A stretch of DNA of 64,000 nt from NCBI GenBank assembly GCA_040218735.1, contig JAVJQW010000060.1:12753-76752 (forward strand), read 5' to 3'. The position numbers and the translations under genes are program-made. This document shows positions 1 through 12,767 of the stretch, one piece after another (position 1 is the stretch's first letter; the number at the start of each line of letters is the position of its first letter). The stretch is from Deltaproteobacteria bacterium (GTDB lineage: Bacteria; Myxococcota; Kuafuiibacteriia; Kuafuiibacteriales; Kuafuiibacteriaceae). The notes beneath the pieces were generated by a model. It saw only the letters and a list, made by a program, of their open reading frames with translations. It searched no databases and was not told where the DNA came from.

Positions 1-1094
1 GCGGGTATCTTCACCTCACCGCGACCCCGCTCCTCGCCGTCGGTCGGCTTCACTCCGGCCATGGCGAGTCGCGAGAGGAACCCGCGCTCGGCGCGTTTGT
101 CGCGCGAGAAGAGCTGCCGTCCGTTTTCGTCCGCCACCACGCGACAGCGTGACGACGCGTCGATCACCGCCCCGCCGTAGTCGAACCCCACGCGACCGAT
201 CACGTACTTGGTGACGGTCGGATCCTCCTGCGGCGCGAACACCACGCGCGGGCGCGGCTTCACCTTGGCCTTGGACCAGTGCAGCTCCGGCGGCAGCTCG
301 ATCTCCGGGAGGTTCGGCATCGCCGCCAGCTCCACGAGGAACTCGTCGCGCGCCTCCATCGGGACCCGCACCTCGCCGTGTCGGCGCAGGCGGAACACCC
401 AGTCGATCGCCTCACCGGCGTCGATGGACTGGATCCGATCCTCGTGTACGAACAGCCCGCTCGAGAGCACGAGCCGCGGCTCGTTGATGTCCAGGCGCTC
501 GTCGTCCCGGACCAGCGCGCCCCACAGCGCCCAGGCGTCCTCGGACGCCTGCGTGACGGAGAGCGTCACCGTGAACGGCTCGCCGGGATCGTAGGTCAGC
601 GGCGTCGTGGGGTGGACGTTCGGCATCCCCCCTTCGACCGAGAACCGCCCCGTCCGACACAGGCGCGGCAGCACCAGCTCGAACATCCCGGGCCGCACCA
701 CGCTGCGCGAATACCGCGCACGCGGATCGAGCCGGGCGTAGCTCTTCCCCTCCGCGGAGTTGCCGAGGAGCAAGGACAACACGTCGCGGTCCTCGGGGTA
801 CTCCAGCGCGAACACCGCGCGTTCGTCCAGCTCCAGGGGCTTCAGCGGCGCCTCGGCGCCCTCGCGCTCGTAGAAGTCGACGACCAGCTGGTCCCGCATG
901 CGCGTCTCGCGCAGGTTCAGCAGGTAGATGATCTCGGAGGGCGCCTTCTCGACGAGCACCTCGCGCACGGCGTCCGGGTCCGTCGCCGGACCGCGCGACG
1001 CGAGCCGCGCGAGCGCGCTCTTCCACTGCGGCTTCTTCCGCTTCGGCGGATCGCGATCCGAGGGATCGGTCTTTCGAGGTTCGACGTGGGCCAC
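1..1094 (-). CDS. N-terminal part of a large protein, probably an SNF2/SWI2-family helicase (runs off the left edge)
   Basis: Frame read by hand (not in the ORF track because it has no stop in the window): GTG 1094 VAHVEPRKTDPS...LPRLCRTGRF...MPNLPEIELPPELHW..KPRPRVVF...GRVGFDYGG...RDKRAE. The P.P.V...FDYGG pattern resembles bacterial SNF2-associated N-terminal regions; the ATPase motifs would lie outside the window. Start uncertain. Confidence 0.5.
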   Translation of the reverse strand, partial: MAHVEPRKTDPSDRDPPKRKKPQWKSALARLASRGPATDPDAVREVLVEKAPSEIIYLLNLRETRMRDQLVVDFYEREGAEAPLKPLELDERAVFALEYPEDRDVLSLLLGNSAEGKSYARLDPRARYSRSVVRPGMFELVLPRLCRTGRFSVEGGMPNVHPTTPLTYDPGEPFTVTLSVTQASEDAWALWGALVRDDERLDINEPRLVLSSGLFVHEDRIQSIDAGEAIDWVFRLRRHGEVRVPMEARDEFLVELAAMPNLPEIELPPELHWSKAKVKPRPRVVFAPQEDPTVTKYVIGRVGFDYGGAVIDASSRCRVVADENGRQLFSRDKRAERGFLSRLAMAGVKPTDGEERGRGEVKIP

Positions 1095-1175
1095 GTGATG
1101 AAGTCCGTTGGAATTCGGCGCGACGCAACATGCCGCGTCAGCGCGAACGCAACGTATCCAAACGCGGAGGCCGAA

Positions 1176-2168
1176 TCAACGCGACCCGTAGTTGTGCTTC
1201 GACGTCTCTTCGTTGCGATCGGTCGCCGGCGGCGGCGCGGGGAAGATCGACGCGATGCGATCGTACGTCGCCTCGTCGAGATCGATCGACGCTGCGGGCA
1301 ACACCGCTTCCAATTGTTCGAGGTTGCGTGCACCGATCAGCGGCGCCGTGATCCCCGGGTGCGCCGCGACCCACGCGACCGCGAGCGCGGCCGGGTGGTG
1401 GCCGAGCTCCTTCGCCAACGCCGTGAACCGATCCGCCGCCTCGAAGTAGACGTCACCGCCGTAGCGCGTCGTGTACATCTTGTCGGTCACGAGCCGCCCC
1501 GAGTCGGGCCGCTTCGACGCACCGTACTTGCCGGTGAGCAACCCGCCGCCGAGGGGGCTGTAGCTCATCACACCGATCCCCTCCGCGATCGCCATCGGGA
1601 GGATCTCCACCTCCGCCTGACGCTTCACGAGGTTGTACATCGGCTGCGAGCACACCACCGGCGTCCCGCCCGACGCACGGCCGAGCCCGAGGAGCTTCAT
1701 GGTCTGCCACGCCGAGAAGTTGCTGACGCCGAGGTAGAGGATCTTGCCCTGCCGCACGAGGTCGTCGATCGCGCGCAGCGTCTCGTCCGCCGGTGTCACG
1801 TCGTCCCAGCGGTGCAGGAAGAACAGATCGATGTACTCGGTCTGCAGCCGACGCAGGCTCGCTTCGACCGCGCGCACCAGGTGGTACCGCGAGTTGCCGC
1901 GCGCGTTCACGTCGTCGCTGGTCGGGAAGTACGCCTTCGAAGTGAGGACGACACGATCCCGCTCGTGCTGACTGAACCGCCCGAGCAGCTCCTCGGAGAA
2001 GCCGCCGTTGTAGACGTCGGCGCAGTCGAACACGTTGATGCCCACGTCGCGCACGCGTCGGTAGAGCGCCTCGGAGGTCGCCTCGTCGGCGTAGCCGCCG
2101 AAGGTCATCGTGCCGAAGGCGAGCTTGGAGACCTTCACGCCGGTCGGGCCCAGGAATCGGTAGTCCAT
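1176..2168 (-). CDS. Aldo/keto reductase
   Basis: LAFGTMTFG, FDCADVY, LTSK, SLRRLQTEYIDLFFLH, GVSNF, QPMYNL, YSPLGGGLLTGKY are typical AKR motifs. Confidence 0.93.
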   Translation of the reverse strand: MDYRFLGPTGVKVSKLAFGTMTFGGYADEATSEALYRRVRDVGINVFDCADVYNGGFSEELLGRFSQHERDRVVLTSKAYFPTSDDVNARGNSRYHLVRAVEASLRRLQTEYIDLFFLHRWDDVTPADETLRAIDDLVRQGKILYLGVSNFSAWQTMKLLGLGRASGGTPVVCSQPMYNLVKRQAEVEILPMAIAEGIGVMSYSPLGGGLLTGKYGASKRPDSGRLVTDKMYTTRYGGDVYFEAADRFTALAKELGHHPAALAVAWVAAHPGITAPLIGARNLEQLEAVLPAASIDLDEATYDRIASIFPAPPPATDRNEETSKHNYGSR

Positions 2169-2192
2169 GGCTTCGGAACCTACCGCGGACCG

Positions 2193-3098
2193 TCATTTCA
2201 GCGGGAAGGTTTTCAACGTCGCCGCGAGCCGACGCAGCTCCCGGTCGCGTACGTGGTCCGCGCGCCAGATCAGCCGGAACACGTCCTGCCGCGGATCGAC
2301 CTTCGGCATCACCCGGACGAGGCGCTTCGCCTTCAGGTCGGGCTCTACGAAGTACCGCGGAAGCACCGCGACACCCGCGCCCGCGAGGACGCGGTGACGC
2401 ACGGCGGCGATCGTCCCCATGCGCTCGATCCGCTCGAACGCCCACCCCGGCTCGGCGGGCACCGCGTCGAGGAAGTAGCGCCACAGCGGCAGGTCGGACT
2501 GCGTGTCGATCAGGACGTGGTTCGGCGCATCGGCGGCGGACTTCAGCGGGTGTTTGGCGAGGTACTTCTTCGCGCCGACGAAGACGTAGTCCTCGTCATG
2601 CAGCGGCGCGTACGCGAGGCCGACCTGCGACACCCGAAAGCTCGAAACGACCGCGTCGATGTTCTGCTCGAGCACGTTCCGCAGCAGGTCCGTCGACTCG
2701 CCGAAGTAGTAGTGGATGAACCGCTCCGGCCGCTCCTTCTGAAGCTCCGGCAACGACGGCACGAGCCACGACATCCCCAGCTCGAAGCGCGTCCCGATCA
2801 CCAGCTCGAACGGCGGCGTCTGCTCCGGATCGCGCGCCGCCTCCCGGGCGATCCGCTCGTGCTCGAACAGTCGCTCCGCGGGGCCGACGAAACGCTCGCC
2901 CGCTTCGGTGAGGTGCATCGTTCGCGTCGTCCGTTCGAACAGCGGCGCGCCGAGATCTTCTTCGAGCCGCTTGATACGTTCACCGAACGCGGCGGGCGAC
3001 AGGTGCACCAGCTCCGCCGCGGCGCGGAAGCTCCGCTCCCTCGCAGCGGCGAGGAAACAGCGGACGGACTCGAGGTCGAGGGGGTTGTTCGGATCCAC
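2193..3098 (-). CDS. LysR-family transcriptional regulator
   Basis: N-terminal HTH SFRAAAELVHLSPAAFGERIKRLEEDLGAPLFERTTR..LTEAG; C-terminal substrate-binding domain (VLAGAGVAVLP). Confidence 0.95.
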   Translation of the reverse strand: MDPNNPLDLESVRCFLAAARERSFRAAAELVHLSPAAFGERIKRLEEDLGAPLFERTTRTMHLTEAGERFVGPAERLFEHERIAREAARDPEQTPPFELVIGTRFELGMSWLVPSLPELQKERPERFIHYYFGESTDLLRNVLEQNIDAVVSSFRVSQVGLAYAPLHDEDYVFVGAKKYLAKHPLKSAADAPNHVLIDTQSDLPLWRYFLDAVPAEPGWAFERIERMGTIAAVRHRVLAGAGVAVLPRYFVEPDLKAKRLVRVMPKVDPRQDVFRLIWRADHVRDRELRRLAATLKTFPLK

Positions 3099-3160
3099 CG
3101 TACAATAGTGTACTCGAAGTTCCGCTTCTCAGCACAACGGCTCCGCGCCATGATGACCAC

Positions 3161-3514
3161 ATGAGCTCGCGCCACACGTTGAAACTCAAGGCACTCCGCG
3201 CCGCCGCCGGCGTGGCGTTGTTCACCGGGGCCGTCGGGTGCGGCACCGTCGACACCGAAACGCTGGACCAGGCGACCACGATCGACGACGCGGGTGCGGT
3301 CGTCGCGCGCGACGCCGGCGCTCCGCGCGACGCCGGGTTCCGCGATGCGGGGTTCGTCGACGCCGGGCACCCCGACGCCGGCTTCGTCAGCTGCGATCAG
3401 GCGACGATGACCCCCGAGGACTACATCGCGTGCTGCGAGTCGATCGGCTGGGACTGGAACCGGGGCTGCGCCGCCTGGGGCCCCCCCGCGCCGCCCGCGA
3501 TGGAGGTGGCGTGA
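3161..3514 (+). CDS. Small lipoprotein with DAG-repeat linker and Cys/Trp-rich C-terminus (possible peptide substrate/precursor)
   Basis: Lipobox-like AVG-C27; six DAG repeats; tail C-x12-CC-x10-CAAWGPPAPPAM; its stop overlaps the next ATG (TGATG). Confidence 0.8.
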   Translation: MSSRHTLKLKALRAAAGVALFTGAVGCGTVDTETLDQATTIDDAGAVVARDAGAPRDAGFRDAGFVDAGHPDAGFVSCDQATMTPEDYIACCESIGWDWNRGCAAWGPPAPPAMEVA

Positions 3515-4338
3515 TGACCACGCTCGACCTCACGCGCGAGGCCGCCGCGCACCTCGTCGATCTCTCCGGCCCCGTCCTTACCCGCGCGGAGCGTGTGCTC
3601 GTGGAGAGCACGTGGCGCGGTCGCATGGCGAACGAGTACGCGTCCGCCCGAGTGTTCGCCGGCCTCGTCCCCCAGTTGATGCGTGCGCAGCTCTCGGCGG
3701 CGAGGATCGCAGACCTCGCGACCTTCGTCGCCGATGAGCTGTCTCATGCGCAGCAGTGCGCGGGCGTGCTGGTCTCGCTCGCGGCGCGCCCCGTCGCCGA
3801 GCTGCCGACGCTCGACGACATCCCCACGCACACCGACTGCGGCCCCCTCGAGGGCGCGCTGCGGAACGTCCTGAGCATCTGCTGCCTCTCCGAGACGGTC
3901 GCGGTCAGCCTGATCAACGCAGAGCGGATCGAGCAGGCCGAGTCCCCGATCGGCGACGTCCTGCAGCGCATCCTCGCCGACGAGGTCAAACACGCGCGCT
4001 TCGGGTGGAAGCTCCTCGAGGACCTCGAGATCGACGCCGCGATGAAGGCCAACCTGTCGCGGTACCTCCACGTCGCGTTCGCGCACCTCGAGCGGCACGA
4101 GCTCGAACACCTCTCGCCCCTCCCCGCGCCGACCAACGCGATGGCTTACGGCGCGTGTGACGGCGCGCTCGCGCGCGACATCTTCTTTTCGACGATCGAA
4201 GAGGTGATCGTGCCGCGCCTCGAACAGCACGGCTTCGATGCGCGCACCGCCTGGCAGGAGCGCTCGTTCACGGCGCCGGCGCCGGCGGCTACCCCGAGCG
4301 AGGCCGCTCCAGTTCCTACGTCGGCTCGGGCCCTCTGA
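3514..4338 (+). CDS. Ferritin-like (diiron-carboxylate) domain protein
   Basis: ATG 3514 after GGAGG, coupled to the upstream stop; ligand pattern E (RMANEYAS), ExxH (DELSH), E (LSETVA), ExxH (DEVKH). Confidence 0.82.
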   Translation: MTTLDLTREAAAHLVDLSGPVLTRAERVLVESTWRGRMANEYASARVFAGLVPQLMRAQLSAARIADLATFVADELSHAQQCAGVLVSLAARPVAELPTLDDIPTHTDCGPLEGALRNVLSICCLSETVAVSLINAERIEQAESPIGDVLQRILADEVKHARFGWKLLEDLEIDAAMKANLSRYLHVAFAHLERHELEHLSPLPAPTNAMAYGACDGALARDIFFSTIEEVIVPRLEQHGFDARTAWQERSFTAPAPAATPSEAAPVPTSARAL

Positions 4339-4394
4339 CCGCCCGCGGTCGAGGGCGCTGGCCTTTCGGCCGCCAAAGCGCCGAGGATAGCGGC

Positions 4395-5078
4395 ATGGCG
4401 TCGCCCGTGCCGGTCCCTCCGCGTCCGACCCCCGAGCGCCCGATCGGATTGCTGGTCGCGCTGGCGTTCGGCCCGATCGTCGCGGTGTTCGTCGTGTTGT
4501 TCGTCTACCGCGGATTCGTGGGCGACGAGGACGCGCCGCGCCCGAAGAAGTCCGTGGGGATCGTCGCGGTCCCCGATGTCCCGGAGCCGCCCGAGCCACC
4601 GGAGCCGCCCGAGCCGCCGGAGCCTTTCGAGGACATCGACGACGACGACATCGAGGAGCTCGCCAAGGTGGAGGGGACCGGCGACGACGGATCCGGCAAG
4701 GGGTTCGACGCGGCGCTCTCGCTCGGCGGGCCTCAGATCATGCTCATCGCGGGCAGCGGTCGAAGTGTGAAGAAGCTCTGCACGGCGGAGTCGAAGGTTA
4801 CGATCACCGGGGATCAGAACACCGTGGAGCTGGTCGGTGAGTGTAACGCGGTGATCGTCTTCGGAGACCACAACACGATTCGGTCCGAGAAGTCGGCGTC
4901 ACTGCTCGTCGCCGGCGACCACAACCACGTCCGCGTCGCTCGCATCCGGCAGATCGTGCTTCGGGGTAGCCACGGCGTCGTCGAGTACGAGGCGAGCTAC
5001 GACGAAGGCGGCGCGCCCAGGATCGACAAGAAGGGTCATACGAACTCGGTCCGACAGGTCGCCGCCGCCGACGGATGA
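4395..5078 (+). CDS. Membrane-anchored protein with C-terminal DUF3060-like beta-repeat domain
   Basis: One N-terminal TM, Pro/Glu linker (PEPPEPPEPP), repeated I.GD.N.V units. Confidence 0.72.
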   Translation: MASPVPVPPRPTPERPIGLLVALAFGPIVAVFVVLFVYRGFVGDEDAPRPKKSVGIVAVPDVPEPPEPPEPPEPPEPFEDIDDDDIEELAKVEGTGDDGSGKGFDAALSLGGPQIMLIAGSGRSVKKLCTAESKVTITGDQNTVELVGECNAVIVFGDHNTIRSEKSASLLVAGDHNHVRVARIRQIVLRGSHGVVEYEASYDEGGAPRIDKKGHTNSVRQVAAADG

Positions 5079-5082
5079 CGCG

Positions 5083-7131
<2,049 letters not shown>

Positions 7132-7141
7132 GCTTCGGAGA

Positions 7142-7825
7142 CTAACCGGGTCCCGTGCGAATGTTGAGGTCGATGACGTCCGCGGTGCGCGGGAGGCCGA
7201 GGGCGTGGACGATCGAGGACGCGACGTCCGCCGGGTCGATGTACTTGTCCGGCTCGTAGGGGGCCCCCTCCATCTGCCGGACCGCCTGCTGCATCGGGGT
7301 CGCCGTGCGCCCCGGGTAGACGCTGAGGACGCGGACCCCCTTGGGCTTCACCTCGTGCCGCAGGCTGTCGGCGATCGCCTTGATGCCGAACTTGCTCGCC
7401 GCGTAGTGGCCCCAGTTCGGGTTCGCGTTGAGCCCCGCGCCGGAGTTGACGAACACCACGTGGCCCTTCGCCGCCACGAGCTTCGGGAGCATGACCTGCG
7501 TGAGCAGGACGGGCGCGCGCAGGTTGAGCGCGAAGTTCGTCTCGAGGTCCTCGATGGGCGCCTCCGCGATCGGGCCGAGCGTGCAGACCCCCGCGCTGTG
7601 GATCAGGATGTCGAGCGCGGGGAGCGCGCCGAGCGCTTCGACCTGCGTGCGGTCGGTGAGGTCCACCGCGTGCGGCGTGATCCCGTCGCTCTCCAGCGCG
7701 GCGAGGCGCGTGGCGTCGCGGCCGAGCCCGTGCACGGTGGCGCCCTTCTTCGCGAGCTGGACGGCGACGTCGCGGCCGATGCCGCTGGACGCGCCGGTGA
7801 CGAGGGCCGTCTTCCCTTCGAACAT
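7142..7825 (-). CDS. Short-chain dehydrogenase/reductase
   Basis: TGASSGIG, NSGAG, YAASK catalytic motif; ATG at 7825. Confidence 0.92.
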   Translation of the reverse strand: MFEGKTALVTGASSGIGRDVAVQLAKKGATVHGLGRDATRLAALESDGITPHAVDLTDRTQVEALGALPALDILIHSAGVCTLGPIAEAPIEDLETNFALNLRAPVLLTQVMLPKLVAAKGHVVFVNSGAGLNANPNWGHYAASKFGIKAIADSLRHEVKPKGVRVLSVYPGRTATPMQQAVRQMEGAPYEPDKYIDPADVASSIVHALGLPRTADVIDLNIRTGPG

Positions 7826-7870
7826 GGCGCCACGAGGTAACACCGATGTCCGCGGGAACGAAGCGTGGCG

Positions 7871-9106
7871 CTACAGATCCGCGGTCGAGACGTGCGAGGG
7901 GACCGGCGCGAGGTCCTCCGACTCGCCGGTGCTCTCCTTTACGCGGAGCACCCGACCGAGCAGCAACACCGCCGGCGCGACGGCGGCCGAGAACAACGCG
8001 CCCATCTTGGCGGCGCCGGCGAGGCCCGGATCCGTGAAGGCGACGCCCGCGACGAACAGCGCGACGGTGAGGCCGAGCGCCGCCGTGAGGCCCGCGACGA
8101 GGAGCGAGCGCGCGTTCATCCCCTCGGGGAGGCTGAAGCCGACCAGGTGCCCGACGTACGAGAAGCCGAAGATGCCGAGCGTCTTGCCCACCACCAGCGC
8201 GAGCAGCACGGCGACGGTCGCGTTGCCGACGTTCGAGAACTGAACGCCCGCGTTGGCGAGGCCGAAGCCGAACAGGCCGAAGTCGACCGGCATCTTGAAG
8301 AAGTGCTCGAAGTTGTTGAGCGTGTCGACGTACTTCTTGCCGGAGCTCGCCTCCGCGTAGAGGCCGTCGTCGTGGCCCATGTTCGGCATGAACGGGACGA
8401 CCGGCACCAACGCGAGCGCGGGGTGCAGGTGCGCGAGGAACAGGCCCGCCCAGGACATCACACCGGGGACGAGGAGGTAGGGCCAAAAGCTCTGCACGTT
8501 CTTCTTGCGCAGGCCGAACGCGACCGCGGCGGCGGCGGCGACGAGCACGAGGAAGATCGGCTGCACCGGGTGCGCCGGGTCCGGATAGAAGATCGCGATG
8601 ATGCCGAGGCCGATGCCGTCGTCCGCGACGGCGAGGAGGAGCAGGAAGCTCACCGCGGGGTGCGAGCCGCCGAACACCATGCGCGCGACGAGCCACGCGA
8701 GCGCGATGTCGGTCGCGGTCGGGATGCCCCAGCCGCGCGCGATGGTGGCGTCACCCGTGAACGCGACCCACGCGAAGTAAACCCCGACCGGCCCGAGGAC
8801 GCCGCCGATGGTGCCGAGGAGCGGGTTGATCGCCTTCTTCGGAGGGTTGAGCGCGCCGCCGGGCAGGCAGGCCTCGGTGATCTCCTTCGCCGCCAGCCCG
8901 AAGAACAGCGCCATGAACAGGTCGTTCATGACGAAGTGCAGGTTCAGGTGGCTGTCCGCTCCGAACGGCGAGCCGTGCGTCAGCACGTGGTAGAAGTGCG
9001 GCGCGACGTTGGCGAGCACCAGCGCGCTCACCACCCCGGCGATCAGCGGGATCGAGAACTCTTGGAGGATCGCGATCGGACGGGGGACAGAAGAATGATG
9101 ACTCAC
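7871..9106 (-). CDS. nhaA: Na+/H+ antiporter NhaA
   Basis: MNDLFMALFF, GWGIPTATDIA, LAVADD, FGLANAGV, LVVGKTLGI; multiple TM segments. Confidence 0.9.
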   Translation of the reverse strand: MSHHSSVPRPIAILQEFSIPLIAGVVSALVLANVAPHFYHVLTHGSPFGADSHLNLHFVMNDLFMALFFGLAAKEITEACLPGGALNPPKKAINPLLGTIGGVLGPVGVYFAWVAFTGDATIARGWGIPTATDIALAWLVARMVFGGSHPAVSFLLLLAVADDGIGLGIIAIFYPDPAHPVQPIFLVLVAAAAAVAFGLRKKNVQSFWPYLLVPGVMSWAGLFLAHLHPALALVPVVPFMPNMGHDDGLYAEASSGKKYVDTLNNFEHFFKMPVDFGLFGFGLANAGVQFSNVGNATVAVLLALVVGKTLGIFGFSYVGHLVGFSLPEGMNARSLLVAGLTAALGLTVALFVAGVAFTDPGLAGAAKMGALFSAAVAPAVLLLGRVLRVKESTGESEDLAPVPSHVSTADL

Positions 9107-9240
9107 GTAGGCCTCGCTTTCTCGGGGTTTCTATCGGCGCATCCGTGGGCGACACGAGAACCGTCGGAGTTTCTTGGGCTTTCGGTGACTCAGGCTGGTG
9201 CGGGACGGGGAATCCAGCGGCGTTCTGAGAGGTTGTACGC

Positions 9241-9492
9241 GTGATGGGATTTGTCTTCCTGCTGATTCAAGGCATCACGATCCTCGTGTTCGTGGACGCA
9301 ATCGCGAGCTGGTTGGTCGGTCCAGACCAGTTCCCGCGCAGCATTACCGGGCTCATCACGGAGCCGCTGTACCGGCCGATTCGCGCAATCCTGCGCCCCG
9401 AGAAGATGGGCGGGTTCGACCTGTCGCCCCTCGTCGTCATCTTCGCGCTGCAGGGCCTGCAGGGCCTGTTGATGCGCATACCGATGGGGTAA
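9241..9492 (+). CDS. YggT-family membrane protein
   Basis: ITEPLYRPIRAIL...GGFDLSPLV motif. Confidence 0.88.
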   Translation: MMGFVFLLIQGITILVFVDAIASWLVGPDQFPRSITGLITEPLYRPIRAILRPEKMGGFDLSPLVVIFALQGLQGLLMRIPMG

Positions 9493-9502
9493 TTCAACCC
9501 GC

Positions 9503-10132
9503 ATGACGCGGCGTATCTTCGTCGCCGGCTCGACCGGCGCCACCGGCCGCACGCTCTTCGCCCGCCACACCGGGCCCCACCTGATCCCGCACGTCCGACC
9601 CGCGACCGCCGCCAAGAACGGAACATCCGAACGCGCGCTCGTGGCGGACCTCACGGACCACGACGCCCTGCACGCCGCGCTCGCGACGTGCACCACGATC
9701 GTCCAGCTCATCGGCACGATGCGGAAACGCTTCGCGTCCGGCGACACCTACGCGACGAGCGACATCGGCACGACCCAGCAGCTCGTGGACGCCGCGCGGG
9801 GCACCGCCGTCGATCACGTCGTGCTCCTCAGCTCGGTCGGGGCGGGGCGCCCGATGGGGGCCTACCTCGAAGCCAAGGCCGAGGCGGAGCGCATCGTCCG
9901 CGACAGCGGGATCGAGCACACGATCTTTCGGCCCTCCGCGTTCCGCGGCGAGGGGCACCGTCCGCCGCCGGGGATGGGCACGCTCACGCGCGCGCTCGGC
10001 CTCGCGAAGTATCAGCCGATCCCGATCGAGGAGCTCGCCGACGCGATCCATCACGTCGCCGTGGCGCGCGGCCCGATGGGGGTGCTCGAAGGCGACGCGC
10101 TGTGGCGGGTGGTCCGAAGCGCGACCGCATAG
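9503..10132 (+). CDS. NAD(P)H-binding atypical SDR (NmrA/epimerase-like)
   Basis: VAGSTGATG Rossmann motif, LSSVGA, YLEAK, TIFRPS. Confidence 0.85.
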   Translation: MTRRIFVAGSTGATGRTLFARHTGPHLIPHVRPATAAKNGTSERALVADLTDHDALHAALATCTTIVQLIGTMRKRFASGDTYATSDIGTTQQLVDAARGTAVDHVVLLSSVGAGRPMGAYLEAKAEAERIVRDSGIEHTIFRPSAFRGEGHRPPPGMGTLTRALGLAKYQPIPIEELADAIHHVAVARGPMGVLEGDALWRVVRSATA

Positions 10133-10135
10133 GCA

Positions 10136-10172
10136 TTGACGCCCCACGGACTCAATCGTATATCGACGATAG
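10136..10172 (+). promoter_or_regulatory. Sigma70-type promoter overlapping putative ArsR operator 1
   Basis: TTGACG(10136)-17 bp-TATATC; inverted repeat ATCGT-N6-ACGAT at 10155-10170. Confidence 0.65.
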
Positions 10173-10174
10173 AC

Positions 10175-10519
10175 GTGGCGACCCGAGCCAAGAAGGCGGA
10201 CGCCTGCTGCCCACCCGCGGAGCCGACGCCGCCGGTGCCGAAGCGCGAGCAGGACGCCAACGAACACCTCGCGCGCCTCGCGAAGGCGCTCGGCCACCCT
10301 ACGCGCGTCGCGATCGTTCGCCTCCTCGTGCGGCAGGAAGGCTGCATCGTCGGTGACATCGTCGACGAGCTCCCGCTCGCGCAGTCGACCGTGTCCCAAC
10401 ACCTCAAGCAGCTGAAGGAGGCGGGTCTCATCCGCGGCGACGTCGACGGGCCGCGTGTTTGTTACTGCGTCGAGCCGGGGACCGTCGCGCTCCTGAAGGC
10501 GCTGGTGGCCGCGCTGTGA
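10175..10519 (+). CDS. arsR: ArsR/SmtB-family repressor
   Basis: [33 protein letters not shown]-terminal CC and C-terminal CYC; heads the ars operon; GTG 10175 preferred to TTG 10136, which coincides with the -35. Confidence 0.9.
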   Translation: MATRAKKADACCPPAEPTPPVPKREQDANEHLARLAKALGHPTRVAIVRLLVRQEGCIVGDIVDELPLAQSTVSQHLKQLKEAGLIRGDVDGPRVCYCVEPGTVALLKALVAAL

Positions 10520-10533
10520 AGGCGCGACCTCAA

Positions 10534-10552
10534 AATCGTGTATCGACGATAG
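10534..10552 (+). promoter_or_regulatory. Putative ArsR operator 2 (second copy, upstream of acr3)
   Basis: AATCGTGTATCGACGATAG, 18/19 identical to AATCGTATATCGACGATAG at 10154-10172. Confidence 0.7.
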
Positions 10553-10562
10553 GCGAATAGTC

Positions 10563-11594
<1,032 letters not shown>

Positions 11595-11603
11595 GCCCAC
11601 GTC

Positions 11604-12043
<440 letters not shown>

Positions 12044-12047
<4 letters not shown>

Positions 12048-12763
12048 GCTACCACGACGGCCAACCGCCTCCGCTCGCGCGCCCGAAGTTCCCAGAGGTC
12101 ACGCTGCGCGACGACCCGCCCCGCATCCTCATGCTCTACGGGTCGCTGCGCGAGCGTTCGTTCAGTCGACTCCTCGCCGAAGAGGCCGGGCGCATCCTGG
12201 AGGGGCTCGGGTGCGAGGTGCGGTTCTACGACCCCGTCGGGCTCCCGGTGAAGGCGCCGGGCCTCGACGATCACCCGAAGGTGCAAGAGCTCCGCGAGTT
12301 GTCGTTGTGGTCCGAGGGGCAGGTGTGGTCGTGCCCGGAGATGCACGGCACGATCACCGGCGTCTTCAAGAACCAGATCGACTGGATCCCGCTCTCCCTC
12401 GGCGCGGTGCGCCCCACACAGGGCCGCACGCTCGCGGTGATGCAGGTGTGCGGCGGCTCCCAGTCGTTCAACGTGGTGAACACGCTGCGGGTCCTCGGGC
12501 GCTGGATGCGGATGCTGACGATCCCGAACCAGTCGTCCGTCGCGAAGGCCTACCAGGAGTTCGACGAAGACGGGCGGATGAAGGACTCGCCGTACCGCGA
12601 CCGCGTCGTCGACGTGATGGAGGAGCTGTACAAGTTCACGGTGCTGACGCGCGACGTGAGTGACTTCCTCGTCGACCGCTACAGCGAGCGGCGCGAAGCC
12701 CACGCGAAAGCGGCGCTCGACCCGGACAACCCGAAGCACCTCATCCCCGAAGACGGGCTGTGA
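12044..12763 (+). CDS. arsH: Arsenical resistance flavoprotein ArsH
   Basis: ATGA overlap with arsC; [57 protein letters not shown]. Confidence 0.96.
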
Positions 12764-12767
12764 GGAT

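Noticed and set aside
279-3164. Very long ORFs antisense or frame-shifted to real genes (e.g. 279..3164+, 30277..32778+, 40802..44245-, 47652..50525+, 58816..61605+)
   Set aside because: Arg/Ala/Pro-rich shadow frames typical of high-GC DNA; the opposite strand carries motif-bearing proteins.
9107-9240. Possible nhaA-associated Na+/Li+ riboswitch upstream of nhaA
   Set aside because: I could not recognise the conserved motif or a convincing structure by eye; an Infernal search would be needed.
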